From the sequence record SRR31156797_2235: a stretch of DNA of 51,399 nucleotides; one strand, given 5' to 3'. A model generated the notes under the pieces. It made no database searches and was not told the DNA's origin. It worked only from the letters and a program-made list of their open reading frames with translations. Of the stretch, positions 17,171-26,981 are shown in pieces (the stretch's first letter is position 1; the number at the start of each line of letters is the position of its first letter). A program made the translations under genes and the position numbers.

Positions 17171-19111
17171 TTAGTGTCCTAATTGTTTCCATAACCTGAA
17201 AACTATAGCTAAGTCATTGATTACCCGATAGTCTTTTGCATAAATCATATTAAGTCTCTGAAGCATATCTTCGCTCAAATTTCTATCCTTTTGGAGCATA
17301 GCGGGATTTAGCACTCCCGTCCTAATCAACGGTAGTTCATGAATTTTTGAAGTTTTAGCAAATCCAACCCAGCTTCTCTTGCCAAAAAGAACTTGCCAAA
17401 TATTTTTAAATAGCTTTTGCTTTTTTCGAACAGTAAAAATAGCAATCGGAAAAAACACTAATAGAAACAATGCAAAACCAAAGTCAAATGTTCTTTTGAA
17501 ACGTTGATTATCAGGCTTCACAATTGTATTTACTTCCACACTGTATAAATCATCAAGTGAATGAATAGTGCTACTTCCTATTACGGAAATACCATCAGGA
17601 GAAACAATTTTAAACTTAATGCCAGGCTGACCCAATCTTATCATTAGCCTTATAATATCACGGGCAGCTAAATGTTGAGCACTAAAAACAACCTCTGATA
17701 CTTTGTTCACCCTTACAACCTCATCTATATTTTCAAGATTTCCCAATGCGCCATGCTCAGATTGCTTATTTACAGCTACATGACCAATTATCTCATTGAA
17801 TTTCTCAATGGCTAATATTTTCTCTAACTGCTCGATGTCGCTCTGATCTCCGACAACTAACGCATATTTCTTCGTGTCTTTTGCACTTGAAGAAATTCTT
17901 GTATTGTTATAAATTAATCTTAATACAGGCAGCATTATTCCAGCCCATACAGCACCTAAAATCAACATCACACGGCTAAAGCGATATTGTTCAGGCAACA
18001 GCGCATAAATAATTAACAAGAGTAGAACACCCCAACCAACACCTTTGAAAGTATTTTGCAGCCTAAATGGTTTGTCATAAGCCCCTGAGTATAATAATGC
18101 AAATACCCACACCAACGCATAAACAGGTACTGCAATCAACAAATAATGATCCGGGAACCAATTCTCTACACCAAACTGGTATTTTTCCCAAAAAGGAGTA
18201 ATAATCCAGAAACCCAACCAAAGCATTGCAAAATCAACAACCGGATAAAATAATCTATGTAAGATTCTCTTAGTTATTGCAAGTGCTGCACTAAACATAA
18301 TTGCCATCTTGATCATAAATGAGAAGAATGAAGCATATTTTTTTGCAAAATGCTTTTTAGCAAAAATGATCATGGCATTATAAAATACTACTACATAGTT
18401 AATAGAGTCTTTTTTTGTGCTTTCTCCTTTATAGTGGATGATTGTTGTATCTGGGAAATAATAGTTTTTAAATCCTGCCTGAGTAATTCGATAACTTAAA
18501 TCTATATCCTCACCATACATAAAGAAAGTTTCATCGAGTCCGCCAATTTTATCAATTACAGTTTTTCTAAGTAACATAAAGGCACCCGACAATACATCAA
18601 CTTCATGCACTTTTTCTTTATCAAGATACTTAAGGTGATACTTTCCAAATTTCTTCGAATTAGGAAAGAGAGTAGAAAGGCCGGCTATTTTGTAGAAAGC
18701 TACCATAGGTGTGGGCAATCCTCTTTTTGATTCCGGCAAGAAACGCCCATTTCCATCAATCATTTTTACCCCAAGTCCACCAGCATCAGGAGTTTTATCC
18801 ATAAATTCAACAATCTTAAGGAATGTATCCTCCTCCACAACTGTATCGGGATTTAGAAGCAGCAAATATTCACCTTTAGCTTGTTTAATTGCCTGATTAT
18901 TAGCCTTTGAAAAACCAACATTATCAGTATTTGGTATAAGTTTTACATTTGGAAATTCTTCTTTAACCATAGCCACAGAACCATCAACAGAGTTGTTATC
19001 AACAACAAAAACCTCTGTATCAATCTTTTTTGAAGCATTTTCCACAGACTGCAAGCACTGCCTCAAAAAGTGGAGCACATTATAATTGACTATTATGACT
19101 GATAATTTCAT
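17171..19111 (-). CDS. GT2 glycosyltransferase with membrane region and C-terminal sugar-transferase-like domain
   Basis: SVIIVNYN, VDNNSVDGS, LNPDT, FFMYGEDIDL; several TM helices; KRTFD...SWVG. Confidence 0.88.
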   Translation of the reverse strand: MKLSVIIVNYNVLHFLRQCLQSVENASKKIDTEVFVVDNNSVDGSVAMVKEEFPNVKLIPNTDNVGFSKANNQAIKQAKGEYLLLLNPDTVVEEDTFLKIVEFMDKTPDAGGLGVKMIDGNGRFLPESKRGLPTPMVAFYKIAGLSTLFPNSKKFGKYHLKYLDKEKVHEVDVLSGAFMLLRKTVIDKIGGLDETFFMYGEDIDLSYRITQAGFKNYYFPDTTIIHYKGESTKKDSINYVVVFYNAMIIFAKKHFAKKYASFFSFMIKMAIMFSAALAITKRILHRLFYPVVDFAMLWLGFWIITPFWEKYQFGVENWFPDHYLLIAVPVYALVWVFALLYSGAYDKPFRLQNTFKGVGWGVLLLLIIYALLPEQYRFSRVMLILGAVWAGIMLPVLRLIYNNTRISSSAKDTKKYALVVGDQSDIEQLEKILAIEKFNEIIGHVAVNKQSEHGALGNLENIDEVVRVNKVSEVVFSAQHLAARDIIRLMIRLGQPGIKFKIVSPDGISVIGSSTIHSLDDLYSVEVNTIVKPDNQRFKRTFDFGFALFLLVFFPIAIFTVRKKQKLFKNIWQVLFGKRSWVGFAKTSKIHELPLIRTGVLNPAMLQKDRNLSEDMLQRLNMIYAKDYRVINDLAIVFRLWKQLGH

Positions 19112-19143
19112 TTGCTATAGATTGCCTTTGCAAGCTACAAAAA

Positions 19144-19174
19144 TAGAAAAAGCCGGCATTGTATACCAGCTTCT
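19144..19174 (-). terminator. Terminator after the HU-SPOR gene
   Basis: Minus strand AGAAGCTGGTAT-ACA-ATGCCGGCTTTT followed by a T-rich tail. Confidence 0.65.
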
Positions 19175-19196
19175 TCTATGAATTATTTTATAATTT

Positions 19197-20375
19197 CTAA
19201 TGTCTTAACACCCAAACTTGAATATCCTGACCTTTCATTCTGCGATATTCATTAAATGCCTGTTGACGATCAACGTAGCTGTTATATGATACGCGGTAGA
19301 AACCATGTCGTTCCATAAATATTTCAGCTTGATATCCTTCAGTTTTCAATTTTTCAACAAACATATCAGCATATTTTTTGGTTTTAAAGCTACCAGCAAC
19401 CAAATAATACTTCTTCTGATTTTTCTGTTTCTTCAATTCCTCAGCCTTATTGATACTGTCTTGTTTAGCTTGTTTAATACTATCTTGTATCATCTGTACT
19501 TTTTGAATTGAATCTTTTCTAGCCTGTTCCTTCATCATAGCTTCTTTATCAACTACTACCTCTTTAGGTTCGTCTTTACCAAGCCATGATTCTGGAAGCC
19601 ATGTTTTCACAGTATCCCAATTCAAGTATGCAAGAAATGCTCCTGCACCAACCACTACAACTATTGCAGCAATTACGATTATAAGTGTTGCACTGTTTTT
19701 CTTTTTAGGTGCCTGTTTTGCAGGTGCTTTTTTAGCAGTTGCGCTTGGCGGTGTTGTTGCTTTCTTTGCATCAGGCATTCCTGATTTTACTTGTGTTTTA
19801 GCATCTTTAGGAGGGACTGTTGTAGCAGCCTTCTTGTTGTCACTTAATTTTTCATTTATTGTTTTTGTATCACCGGCAGCTTTTTGAGGAGTTTCAGCTT
19901 TCTTTTCTGGTTCTTTCTTAACAGTTGCATCGGCTTTCTTTTCTACCGGCTTATCTGATTTTTCATCTAATTTCACCTCTGCCTTGGGTTTTGGAGTATC
20001 TGCAGCTGCTTTAGCTTTAGTATCGGCAGGTTTCTCTTCAGCTGGTTTATCCTCACCTGATTTAAACTTAACTGAACCTCTAGGATCTTTAAATAAATAG
20101 CCTAATCCCTCAACCTTAAATGGCTTGTTCGCTTTCAATTCTTTTTGTATATCATCTACAAAAGCTTTCACTTTTTTTAGCGCTTCATCTTTTGTAATGT
20201 TTTCAGTTTTAGCGATGTGATTAACCAGAAGGCCATCATTGTATTTCAAAAAGTCGTTAAATGAAATTTGTTTTTCACTTGTTCCTGCGGCAGACTTAAC
20301 CATAAATGCTCCGAAATCTGGAACAATTACTCTGGTATTAGTCTTTAATAATTCGGCTATGTATTTATCAATCAT
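19197..20375 (-). CDS. HU-CCDC81-like domains, K/A/P-rich linker, TM helix and SPOR domain
   Basis: IAELL...VIVPDFGAF, NDGLLVNHIA and VEGLGYL; TM LIIVIAAIVVVVGAGAFLAY; SPOR YYLVAGSFK. Confidence 0.85.
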   Translation of the reverse strand: MIDKYIAELLKTNTRVIVPDFGAFMVKSAAGTSEKQISFNDFLKYNDGLLVNHIAKTENITKDEALKKVKAFVDDIQKELKANKPFKVEGLGYLFKDPRGSVKFKSGEDKPAEEKPADTKAKAAADTPKPKAEVKLDEKSDKPVEKKADATVKKEPEKKAETPQKAAGDTKTINEKLSDNKKAATTVPPKDAKTQVKSGMPDAKKATTPPSATAKKAPAKQAPKKKNSATLIIVIAAIVVVVGAGAFLAYLNWDTVKTWLPESWLGKDEPKEVVVDKEAMMKEQARKDSIQKVQMIQDSIKQAKQDSINKAEELKKQKNQKKYYLVAGSFKTKKYADMFVEKLKTEGYQAEIFMERHGFYRVSYNSYVDRQQAFNEYRRMKGQDIQVWVLRH

Positions 20376-20455
20376 GGCAATAAGTTTTCATACAATTTTG
20401 ACTAATATATTTAATTTTTTTCAATTCAGCAACAAAGATCGCCTTTTTTACTTTG

Positions 20456-21526
20456 CTACTTAAATGATATACGTTTCATTAGCAGCTTAAATTCTTCTTC
20501 AAAATTCGGAGTAAAAAAGGATTTACCCAAATTTATTTTTATTTCTTGCAAACTCATAAATTTCCCATCATCAACTTCTTTCGGATTTGGTTCCGGCGTA
20601 TCTTTTGTTTTAAGGGCAAAAACATAAATAAACTCCTTCTCAATTTCACTTTCCCAAATGTACGAAAACAAAAAATCGGGATTTGAGATATCCAAATTCA
20701 ACTCTTCCTTTGCTTCTCTCTGTAAAGCTTTCTGAGGAGTTTCCTTGAAGGAAACGTGACCACCTACTGCTGTATCCCATTTATTAGGTTGAATCTTCTT
20801 GAATGCCGGTCTTTTTTGAACATATAACTCACCTTTCGAGTTAAAAACATGCAAATGAACAACAGGGTGGAGAATTTTATTACCGCTATGTACTTGTTCT
20901 CTGGTTGCCTTGCCGATAACCTTTCCATTATTATCTAACACAGGAACCCATTCAACGTTACCCATTTTAATTCTTTGCCTTATTATTTCAATCACAAACC
21001 AAACTCCTGCAATTATATAAAATAGTCCACCACTAATAAATGCCCAGGCTTCTTTTGACATAAAAAAAGCACTGTAATAAACCAGAATAGTGTGTCCCAA
21101 AAACAACCAAAACATAATCCTGGTCTGATTTCGCAATTGTTTTAATTGTAGCTCATCTAACTCTTGTCCCGGCATATAACGTTTTGCCATTCCCAAAATT
21201 AAATTCTTAGGAGAATAAGCACTAATTCCAATAATTACGATTAAAATGGTTTGAATAATTCCGGGTTTTAGTTTGAAGAAAATCTCATCATGCAATAATA
21301 TGCTCACACCTCCAAAAGCAGCAAGTAAGAGTGTGTCAAACAAAACAAAATTATCTGGTTTTCCGTTCCGAATCCATGTAAAAGCAAAAATTACAATACC
21401 GGAAATAAGAGCGATTAGAATTGCCCATTCAGTACCAAGAAACTCATCAGCTAATACAAAAACAAATAGAGGTAGTAATCCCGGTAGAAGTAATCCGAGA
21501 TATTTAAATTTGTCCTTTAAATTCAT
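20456..21526 (-). CDS. YciB/IspZ-like membrane domain fused to a Nudix hydrolase
   Basis: About 6 TM helices with LLHDEIFFKLKP (YciB-like); WDTAVGGHV...ALQREAKEELNL Nudix box. Confidence 0.8.
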   Translation of the reverse strand: MNLKDKFKYLGLLLPGLLPLFVFVLADEFLGTEWAILIALISGIVIFAFTWIRNGKPDNFVLFDTLLLAAFGGVSILLHDEIFFKLKPGIIQTILIVIIGISAYSPKNLILGMAKRYMPGQELDELQLKQLRNQTRIMFWLFLGHTILVYYSAFFMSKEAWAFISGGLFYIIAGVWFVIEIIRQRIKMGNVEWVPVLDNNGKVIGKATREQVHSGNKILHPVVHLHVFNSKGELYVQKRPAFKKIQPNKWDTAVGGHVSFKETPQKALQREAKEELNLDISNPDFLFSYIWESEIEKEFIYVFALKTKDTPEPNPKEVDDGKFMSLQEIKINLGKSFFTPNFEEEFKLLMKRISFK

Positions 21527-22872
21527 TCTACAATATTATCATCATATTGAAGTGGAATAAAGATTTCCATTCCTTCTTTCAGGTTATCTGCATTATCAAA
21601 TCGATTGGCTTTGATAATATCTTTAACGGGGACGCTATATTTCTGAGCAATAAAACTCAAATTTTCACCACTTTGAACTATATGAAGTGCTTTTACCGGA
21701 ATACGAATACGTTGCCCTAACCTTAACCTTTTGGCTTGAACATTATTAACACGCTCCAGATATTGCACTGTAATGTTAAATCGGATTCCTAATCTATAAA
21801 AATTATCTCCTTTTTCAATTTTGTAAGGTATAAACTTAGGTTTGACGCCTTGCTCTTCCACTACTTCTTCTTCAACTATTTTTGCGGTGTCTTCTATTTC
21901 TTTTTGTATGGGTTGTTCCACAATCTCTTCTTTCACCTTTTTATCGGGTTTACTTTGAGTTAAAGTTTCATGTGTAAAAACCATTTCATTAATGCTATAT
22001 AATAAGGCCGCCAAAGCAATAATGGCTACAATGATCCAAACAAATTTTGGTATTTTCTTGGTGGATTTCACTACTTCAGTACTTTCATTCACTTCCGGCT
22101 CATAAGGAACCTTATCTTTATCAAAGACATTCATTACTGTCAATGTAATATTGTCATTACCACCTGCTTCATCTGCCTTTCTTGCTAAACTATCAGCAAC
22201 AAAATCAACAGAAGCATCAGGGTTGTCCATGATTTCTGCAATCTGGGTTTCTGTTAATTCTTTAAACAGACCATCAGATGTGAGCAATATTTTATCCTCC
22301 TCAACAACTGAAATAGGCTGCTTGCAAACAGAAAAATTAACATCTTTATTAAACCCAAGTGCTCTGTCAGCGATAAAATAACCTTCATGATTTTCTAAGT
22401 CATCTTCAACAACCTTTTTATTCATAAAAGCTGTTTGAGCAACAGTATGATCTCTGGTAAGACGGTAAATTGTATTATCTCTTAGAAAGTAAATTCTGAT
22501 ATTTCCAATGTATGCGTAGTATACCAGATTATTAATTACCAATACTACTCCGCAACTAGCACCCATACCTTTAAAACGTTCATTTTTTTGAATATGGTCA
22601 AATAATTGAAAATTAGCTAGTGTAAGTGCATTGGTAAGTGCTTTTTGTGGATTATTGAATTGACTATTTCTAAACTGTTTTTTTATAGATTCAATCGCCA
22701 TTTTCGAGGCTATGGCTGCTCCACCCTCTTTTCCATTTATTCCATCGCAAATGGCAAAACCAAACCCTCCGGGTATTAAAAACTCAGCAAAAGCGTCCTG
22801 ATTATGCTTTTGCTTACTTCCAATTATACTAAGTGATTTATATTTGATAGATAGGTTGTGCTCTTTCGCCAT
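21523..22872 (-). CDS. PP2C Ser/Thr phosphatase, TM helix and two LysM domains
   Basis: HNQD, CDG, LTRDH, SDGL, GGNDNIT; TM FVWIIVAIIALAALLY; YKIEKGDNF and HIVQSGENLSFIAQKY. Confidence 0.88.
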   Translation of the reverse strand: MAKEHNLSIKYKSLSIIGSKQKHNQDAFAEFLIPGGFGFAICDGINGKEGGAAIASKMAIESIKKQFRNSQFNNPQKALTNALTLANFQLFDHIQKNERFKGMGASCGVVLVINNLVYYAYIGNIRIYFLRDNTIYRLTRDHTVAQTAFMNKKVVEDDLENHEGYFIADRALGFNKDVNFSVCKQPISVVEEDKILLTSDGLFKELTETQIAEIMDNPDASVDFVADSLARKADEAGGNDNITLTVMNVFDKDKVPYEPEVNESTEVVKSTKKIPKFVWIIVAIIALAALLYSINEMVFTHETLTQSKPDKKVKEEIVEQPIQKEIEDTAKIVEEEVVEEQGVKPKFIPYKIEKGDNFYRLGIRFNITVQYLERVNNVQAKRLRLGQRIRIPVKALHIVQSGENLSFIAQKYSVPVKDIIKANRFDNADNLKEGMEIFIPLQYDDNIVE

Positions 22873-22889
22873 AGTTTATCCAATTTTCA

Positions 22890-22897
22890 CAAATTTA
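22890..22897 (-). promoter_or_regulatory. Bacteroidota -7 promoter element for the PP2C-LysM gene
   Basis: Plus strand CAAATTTA equals TAAATTTG on minus, 17 nt before the ATG. Confidence 0.6.
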
Positions 22898-22991
22898 ATG
22901 CTTATAATCAAACCTGCATATAAATATAAAAATAATTACCTACTTTTTATAAATTTCTATGATTCTGCAAAAATTTAATATTCAGCGACTG

Positions 22992-24479
22992 CTAATGAAT
23001 GACTGAAACAGTCCCCTTTTTCACTTTTTCTTTGGAATCAACAAACTTATAAGTTGCCACATATAAATACCCTCCAGGCATTACAAGATTACCATTAAAA
23101 GTTCCATCCCAACCATTTTCTACGTTGTCACTCTCAAATAAAAGCTGCCCCCATTTATTGAATATTTTCAAATTATAACGCTCAGGTACTGACCTTTCAA
23201 CATAAGGTCTAAACACTCCATCCACACCGTAATGACCAGCTATAATTGCATTGGGCCATTTCAACCTATCTTTAATTATTACAGTAGCTGGATTTGAAAT
23301 TATTTGTATAGAGTTTTCAGTCAGCGCTTTTACTCGATAAATTACTTCTGGATTAGTTAAAGGTTGTTGTAAAATTTCCTCATCAGTTTCGAAAATTGGT
23401 GAAGATACATTAAATAGGTTAAGCTGACCATCTGCTAACCTTTGCAAAACATAAGTTGCCTCTCCAAACTCATAATCATTTGCTGATAACTCAATATAAC
23501 TAATTCTATCGTTTAAGGTTAATATGATAGAATTTACAGTATCACTAGAAATTTGATCCATTAAGCATAAATCTGAAGCTTCAAGATAATAATAAGCAAT
23601 TTCATTAGTGCCCAAATCATCTATAATTTCAACATTTTCATTTGGCAAATAAATATCTTCAATAGTATCAAAACTAAAATCTAAATCACTACTACGAAAA
23701 ACTAATAGCCTACCGGTAAGATCGCTATCCAATTCAATATTTAAGTTATTTGAAAAGCTTTCATTTGTTTCCAAAAGACTAACCTTTGCAGGAGGGGGCA
23801 TTTCAGGTTTATTTGTGAAATACTCAGTTGGGGTTGAAGTTGAAGTAAAATCAGGACCGATGGCACGAACACGGAATGTATAATTTTCATTTAAGTTTAA
23901 ACCAGAAAAAATAAAACTATTAGAAGATGTAGATTCTTTACGAAAATCATTATCAGAAACGGCAAAAACTTCATAGGGAGGTTCGATTGTGCCTGAAGGT
24001 GCTTCGTCGCTATAATATGTATTCCAACTTAAAGTCACCGCAGTTTGGCAGGAATCATAATCTGTAACCTCGACTTGCATGTTTTGTGAATGATCGTAGG
24101 CTATTTCCCCTAGAATAAGTTGATCATTAATGTGCGTAAAAGCATCCAAACGAAAACCCTGAATTTCTTCAACAGGATTAGATACTGAATCAAAATAAAA
24201 GGTTGCAAAAGCATCATGAATAGTATCAGGATTCCCAAATCCAGTTATTGGAATCACATCCCTGACAATAAAACCACTTGAATCAGTATTATAACCCGTC
24301 CAGTCATATGGTTCCCAGCCAAGCACGCAACGGTATTGTCCATTTGGCAATGTATCTACTGAAATAGAGTCAATTACAGGAGGATCTAATGTTATCTGCC
24401 CCATTGCAGAATTGACATTAGAAATAAGATAAACTGTAAATATAATCCAACTAATTCTTATGATACCTTTCTTCATCAT
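22992..24479 (-). CDS. T9SS type B (CHU_C, gliding-associated C-terminal domain) protein with FN3-like domains
   Basis: Signal peptide; FSGLNLNENYTFRVRA; C-terminal PNAI...IFNKWGQLLF...GWDGTFNG...KGTVSVIH. Confidence 0.85.
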   Translation of the reverse strand: MMKKGIIRISWIIFTVYLISNVNSAMGQITLDPPVIDSISVDTLPNGQYRCVLGWEPYDWTGYNTDSSGFIVRDVIPITGFGNPDTIHDAFATFYFDSVSNPVEEIQGFRLDAFTHINDQLILGEIAYDHSQNMQVEVTDYDSCQTAVTLSWNTYYSDEAPSGTIEPPYEVFAVSDNDFRKESTSSNSFIFSGLNLNENYTFRVRAIGPDFTSTSTPTEYFTNKPEMPPPAKVSLLETNESFSNNLNIELDSDLTGRLLVFRSSDLDFSFDTIEDIYLPNENVEIIDDLGTNEIAYYYLEASDLCLMDQISSDTVNSIILTLNDRISYIELSANDYEFGEATYVLQRLADGQLNLFNVSSPIFETDEEILQQPLTNPEVIYRVKALTENSIQIISNPATVIIKDRLKWPNAIIAGHYGVDGVFRPYVERSVPERYNLKIFNKWGQLLFESDNVENGWDGTFNGNLVMPGGYLYVATYKFVDSKEKVKKGTVSVIH

Positions 24480-25750
24480 TTGGGTTGCACAATTACTTTG
24501 GTAAAGTTATCAAAATTGATATATTCATTAGCCATAGAACGGATATATGATGGATTTAATTTTTTAACTGTATCCAAAAATTTCTGATAATAGTCTAATC
24601 CTAAGCCAAAATTATATACGGACTGAAAAGAGCTATCGCATGAAAACATTCCATCAAATGCACCTAAAAGTTCTCCGGATAAATAATTTTTTAATCGTAC
24701 CAATTCATCTTCTCCGACAGGTTCATTTTTGAGTCTATTTATCTCTTTTTCAACTTCTGCCAAAACTTTTTCATCTGTACCTTTAATAATTTCAGATGCA
24801 ATTCTGAAAACTCCTACCTGTTCATTACTTACTATTGAACTATAAATATCGTAGGTATATCCTGATTTTTCTCTTATGTTTTGCATTAATCGTGAACCAA
24901 TGTAACCACCTAAAAGTGTAGACACGATTTTGAGTCCTATATAATCAGGATGGCTTTTTATAATGCTTTGAAAACCAAGTAAAATGTAAGTCTGACTAGA
25001 GTATGGATTTTGAATATTCTTAATAAGAGGTTGATAATTAAAATCTTCTAGTATGGGAGGAATTGCGTTAAAACCACTTCCTTTTTGTGTCTCAAATAAT
25101 GATAATAGGTTTATCTTTTCACTATCGTTCAATTCACCTGATATCAAAACATATCCATTATCAGCATTGATATATTTATGATGAAAATCTCTCAATTCTG
25201 TATGAGATATATTTTGAAAATCCTCTGGATGTAAAACTTTACTATATGGATTATTTTCACCCAAAATAGCTGGCAAAAAAATGTCTTCTGCAATGGTAGC
25301 ATTATATTGAAATGCTTCAATTAATGAATTTTCTTCACGCTTTGCTGCAACATTTATTCTATCAGCATTAAGTTCGGGATGAAAAACTGAATTCTGAAAA
25401 ATTTGAGCCAGCTCATAAAGATTTTGTTTTTGGCAAACCAAAGAAAAAACCAACTTATCTTTATCAGCCTTACTAAAAATATATGCACCTAAGCCATCAA
25501 CTTTTTCAGATAGCGAATCTCCCGGAAAATCTTCACTCCCTTCAAAAATCACCCTGGATAATAATTTAATGACGGCTGCATTACCATACTTAGTTCCTGC
25601 ATTAAATACATAATTCAATTTTATAATATCTGTATTAACAGCAGGAATATAAAAGCAGGAAAGGTTATTGGCAAGAATTTGCTTTTCCACTTCAAACAAT
25701 TCCAAATTATAATCTGAATATATATCTGGTTGAAGTATTTTATCCATCAT
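24476..25750 (-). CDS. M16 peptidase, non-catalytic subunit
   Basis: LGGYIGSRLMQNIREKSGYTY; lacks HxxEH; paired with the adjacent catalytic subunit. Confidence 0.85.
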   Translation of the reverse strand: MMDKILQPDIYSDYNLELFEVEKQILANNLSCFYIPAVNTDIIKLNYVFNAGTKYGNAAVIKLLSRVIFEGSEDFPGDSLSEKVDGLGAYIFSKADKDKLVFSLVCQKQNLYELAQIFQNSVFHPELNADRINVAAKREENSLIEAFQYNATIAEDIFLPAILGENNPYSKVLHPEDFQNISHTELRDFHHKYINADNGYVLISGELNDSEKINLLSLFETQKGSGFNAIPPILEDFNYQPLIKNIQNPYSSQTYILLGFQSIIKSHPDYIGLKIVSTLLGGYIGSRLMQNIREKSGYTYDIYSSIVSNEQVGVFRIASEIIKGTDEKVLAEVEKEINRLKNEPVGEDELVRLKNYLSGELLGAFDGMFSCDSSFQSVYNFGLGLDYYQKFLDTVKKLNPSYIRSMANEYINFDNFTKVIVQPK

Positions 25751-26981
25751 TTTGTTTCTTATAAATCAACAAATTACGCTTTTCAGGCTGAAAAAGACTA
25801 TTAGCAAAATCAGAAATTTCATCTCTTGTGGTTACCTCGTATTCTTCAATCTGTTTATTAATATGGGAAGGACTATGAACTACATCAGCATAGCACAAAT
25901 CCATGGCTCTGTTTGCATGCTCCAAATAGCCAACTTTTTGAAAAGTAATGAGTTTGTTTTTCACTTTTCTTACCTCATATGGCTCAATATCTTTCTTTAT
26001 CTTATCCAATTGACTTTCAATCAAATCAACACCCTGTTCAATAGTGCAGCCCTTATTTAGCTTTCCTCTTATCATAAACAATCCACAATCCACATTACCT
26101 GTAAGAGAAGCATTTAATGATGTAAAAACAGCATCATTACGTCTTAGGTACTGTTGAAACCTACTGGACTTATCAAAGGACAAAACATCTGACAATAAAT
26201 CAGCCCTGTAAAATTCACGTGAATTTCTTGGCCCCATGTGGTAAGCCATTACAATCATTTCCATCGGAATATCCTTACTAACGACTTTTTCTTGCTGAGC
26301 AATCTGAGGACTTTCCATAACAATTTCACTTTTATCCTTTCTTTGACCTGTGATTCTGCCAAAGTATTTTTCAGTTAGTTTAAATACTTTTTCATGATGT
26401 ACATTTCCCGAAACGGCAATTACAGCATTTGAAGGTTGATAAAATCTCTTATGAAAATCAATTACATCATCAAACTGAATCTGTTTAATATGCTCTATTT
26501 CAGCACCAATAACCGGCCATCTATATGGATGACTTTTATATACTAGCGGTAATAAATATGACATTACATCTCCATATGGTGGATTTAAAACCCGCTGGTT
26601 ATATTCTTCTAAAACTACTTTTCGCTGTATTTCCAAGACATCCGGTGATAGATTTGGATAAAACATCCTATCGGATTCTAAAAAAAATGCAGTTTCGATG
26701 TTTAAAGCAGGTAATGTAATATAGTAATTGGTATAATCAGAAGTTGTAAAGGCATTATTATTACCCCCAGAAAGCTCAACTTGCTGATCGTAATGAAGCA
26801 CATTTTTAGAACCTCCGAACATCAAATGTTCGAATAAATGGGCTAATCCAGTTTTATCCGGATTTTCATGCTTACTACCCACTTTATAAGCAATACTAAA
26901 AGTGGCCATTGGAGTATCAGGATTATAATCTGATATTATTGTGAGGCCATTAGCTAACTTTATACTCTTGAAATCAATCAT
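25740..26981 (-). CDS. M16 (pitrilysin family) zinc peptidase, catalytic subunit
   Basis: TGLAHLFEHLMFGGS, NNAFT, LESDRM, HPYRWPVIG. Confidence 0.93.
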   Translation of the reverse strand: MIDFKSIKLANGLTIISDYNPDTPMATFSIAYKVGSKHENPDKTGLAHLFEHLMFGGSKNVLHYDQQVELSGGNNNAFTTSDYTNYYITLPALNIETAFFLESDRMFYPNLSPDVLEIQRKVVLEEYNQRVLNPPYGDVMSYLLPLVYKSHPYRWPVIGAEIEHIKQIQFDDVIDFHKRFYQPSNAVIAVSGNVHHEKVFKLTEKYFGRITGQRKDKSEIVMESPQIAQQEKVVSKDIPMEMIVMAYHMGPRNSREFYRADLLSDVLSFDKSSRFQQYLRRNDAVFTSLNASLTGNVDCGLFMIRGKLNKGCTIEQGVDLIESQLDKIKKDIEPYEVRKVKNKLITFQKVGYLEHANRAMDLCYADVVHSPSHINKQIEEYEVTTRDEISDFANSLFQPEKRNLLIYKKQNDG

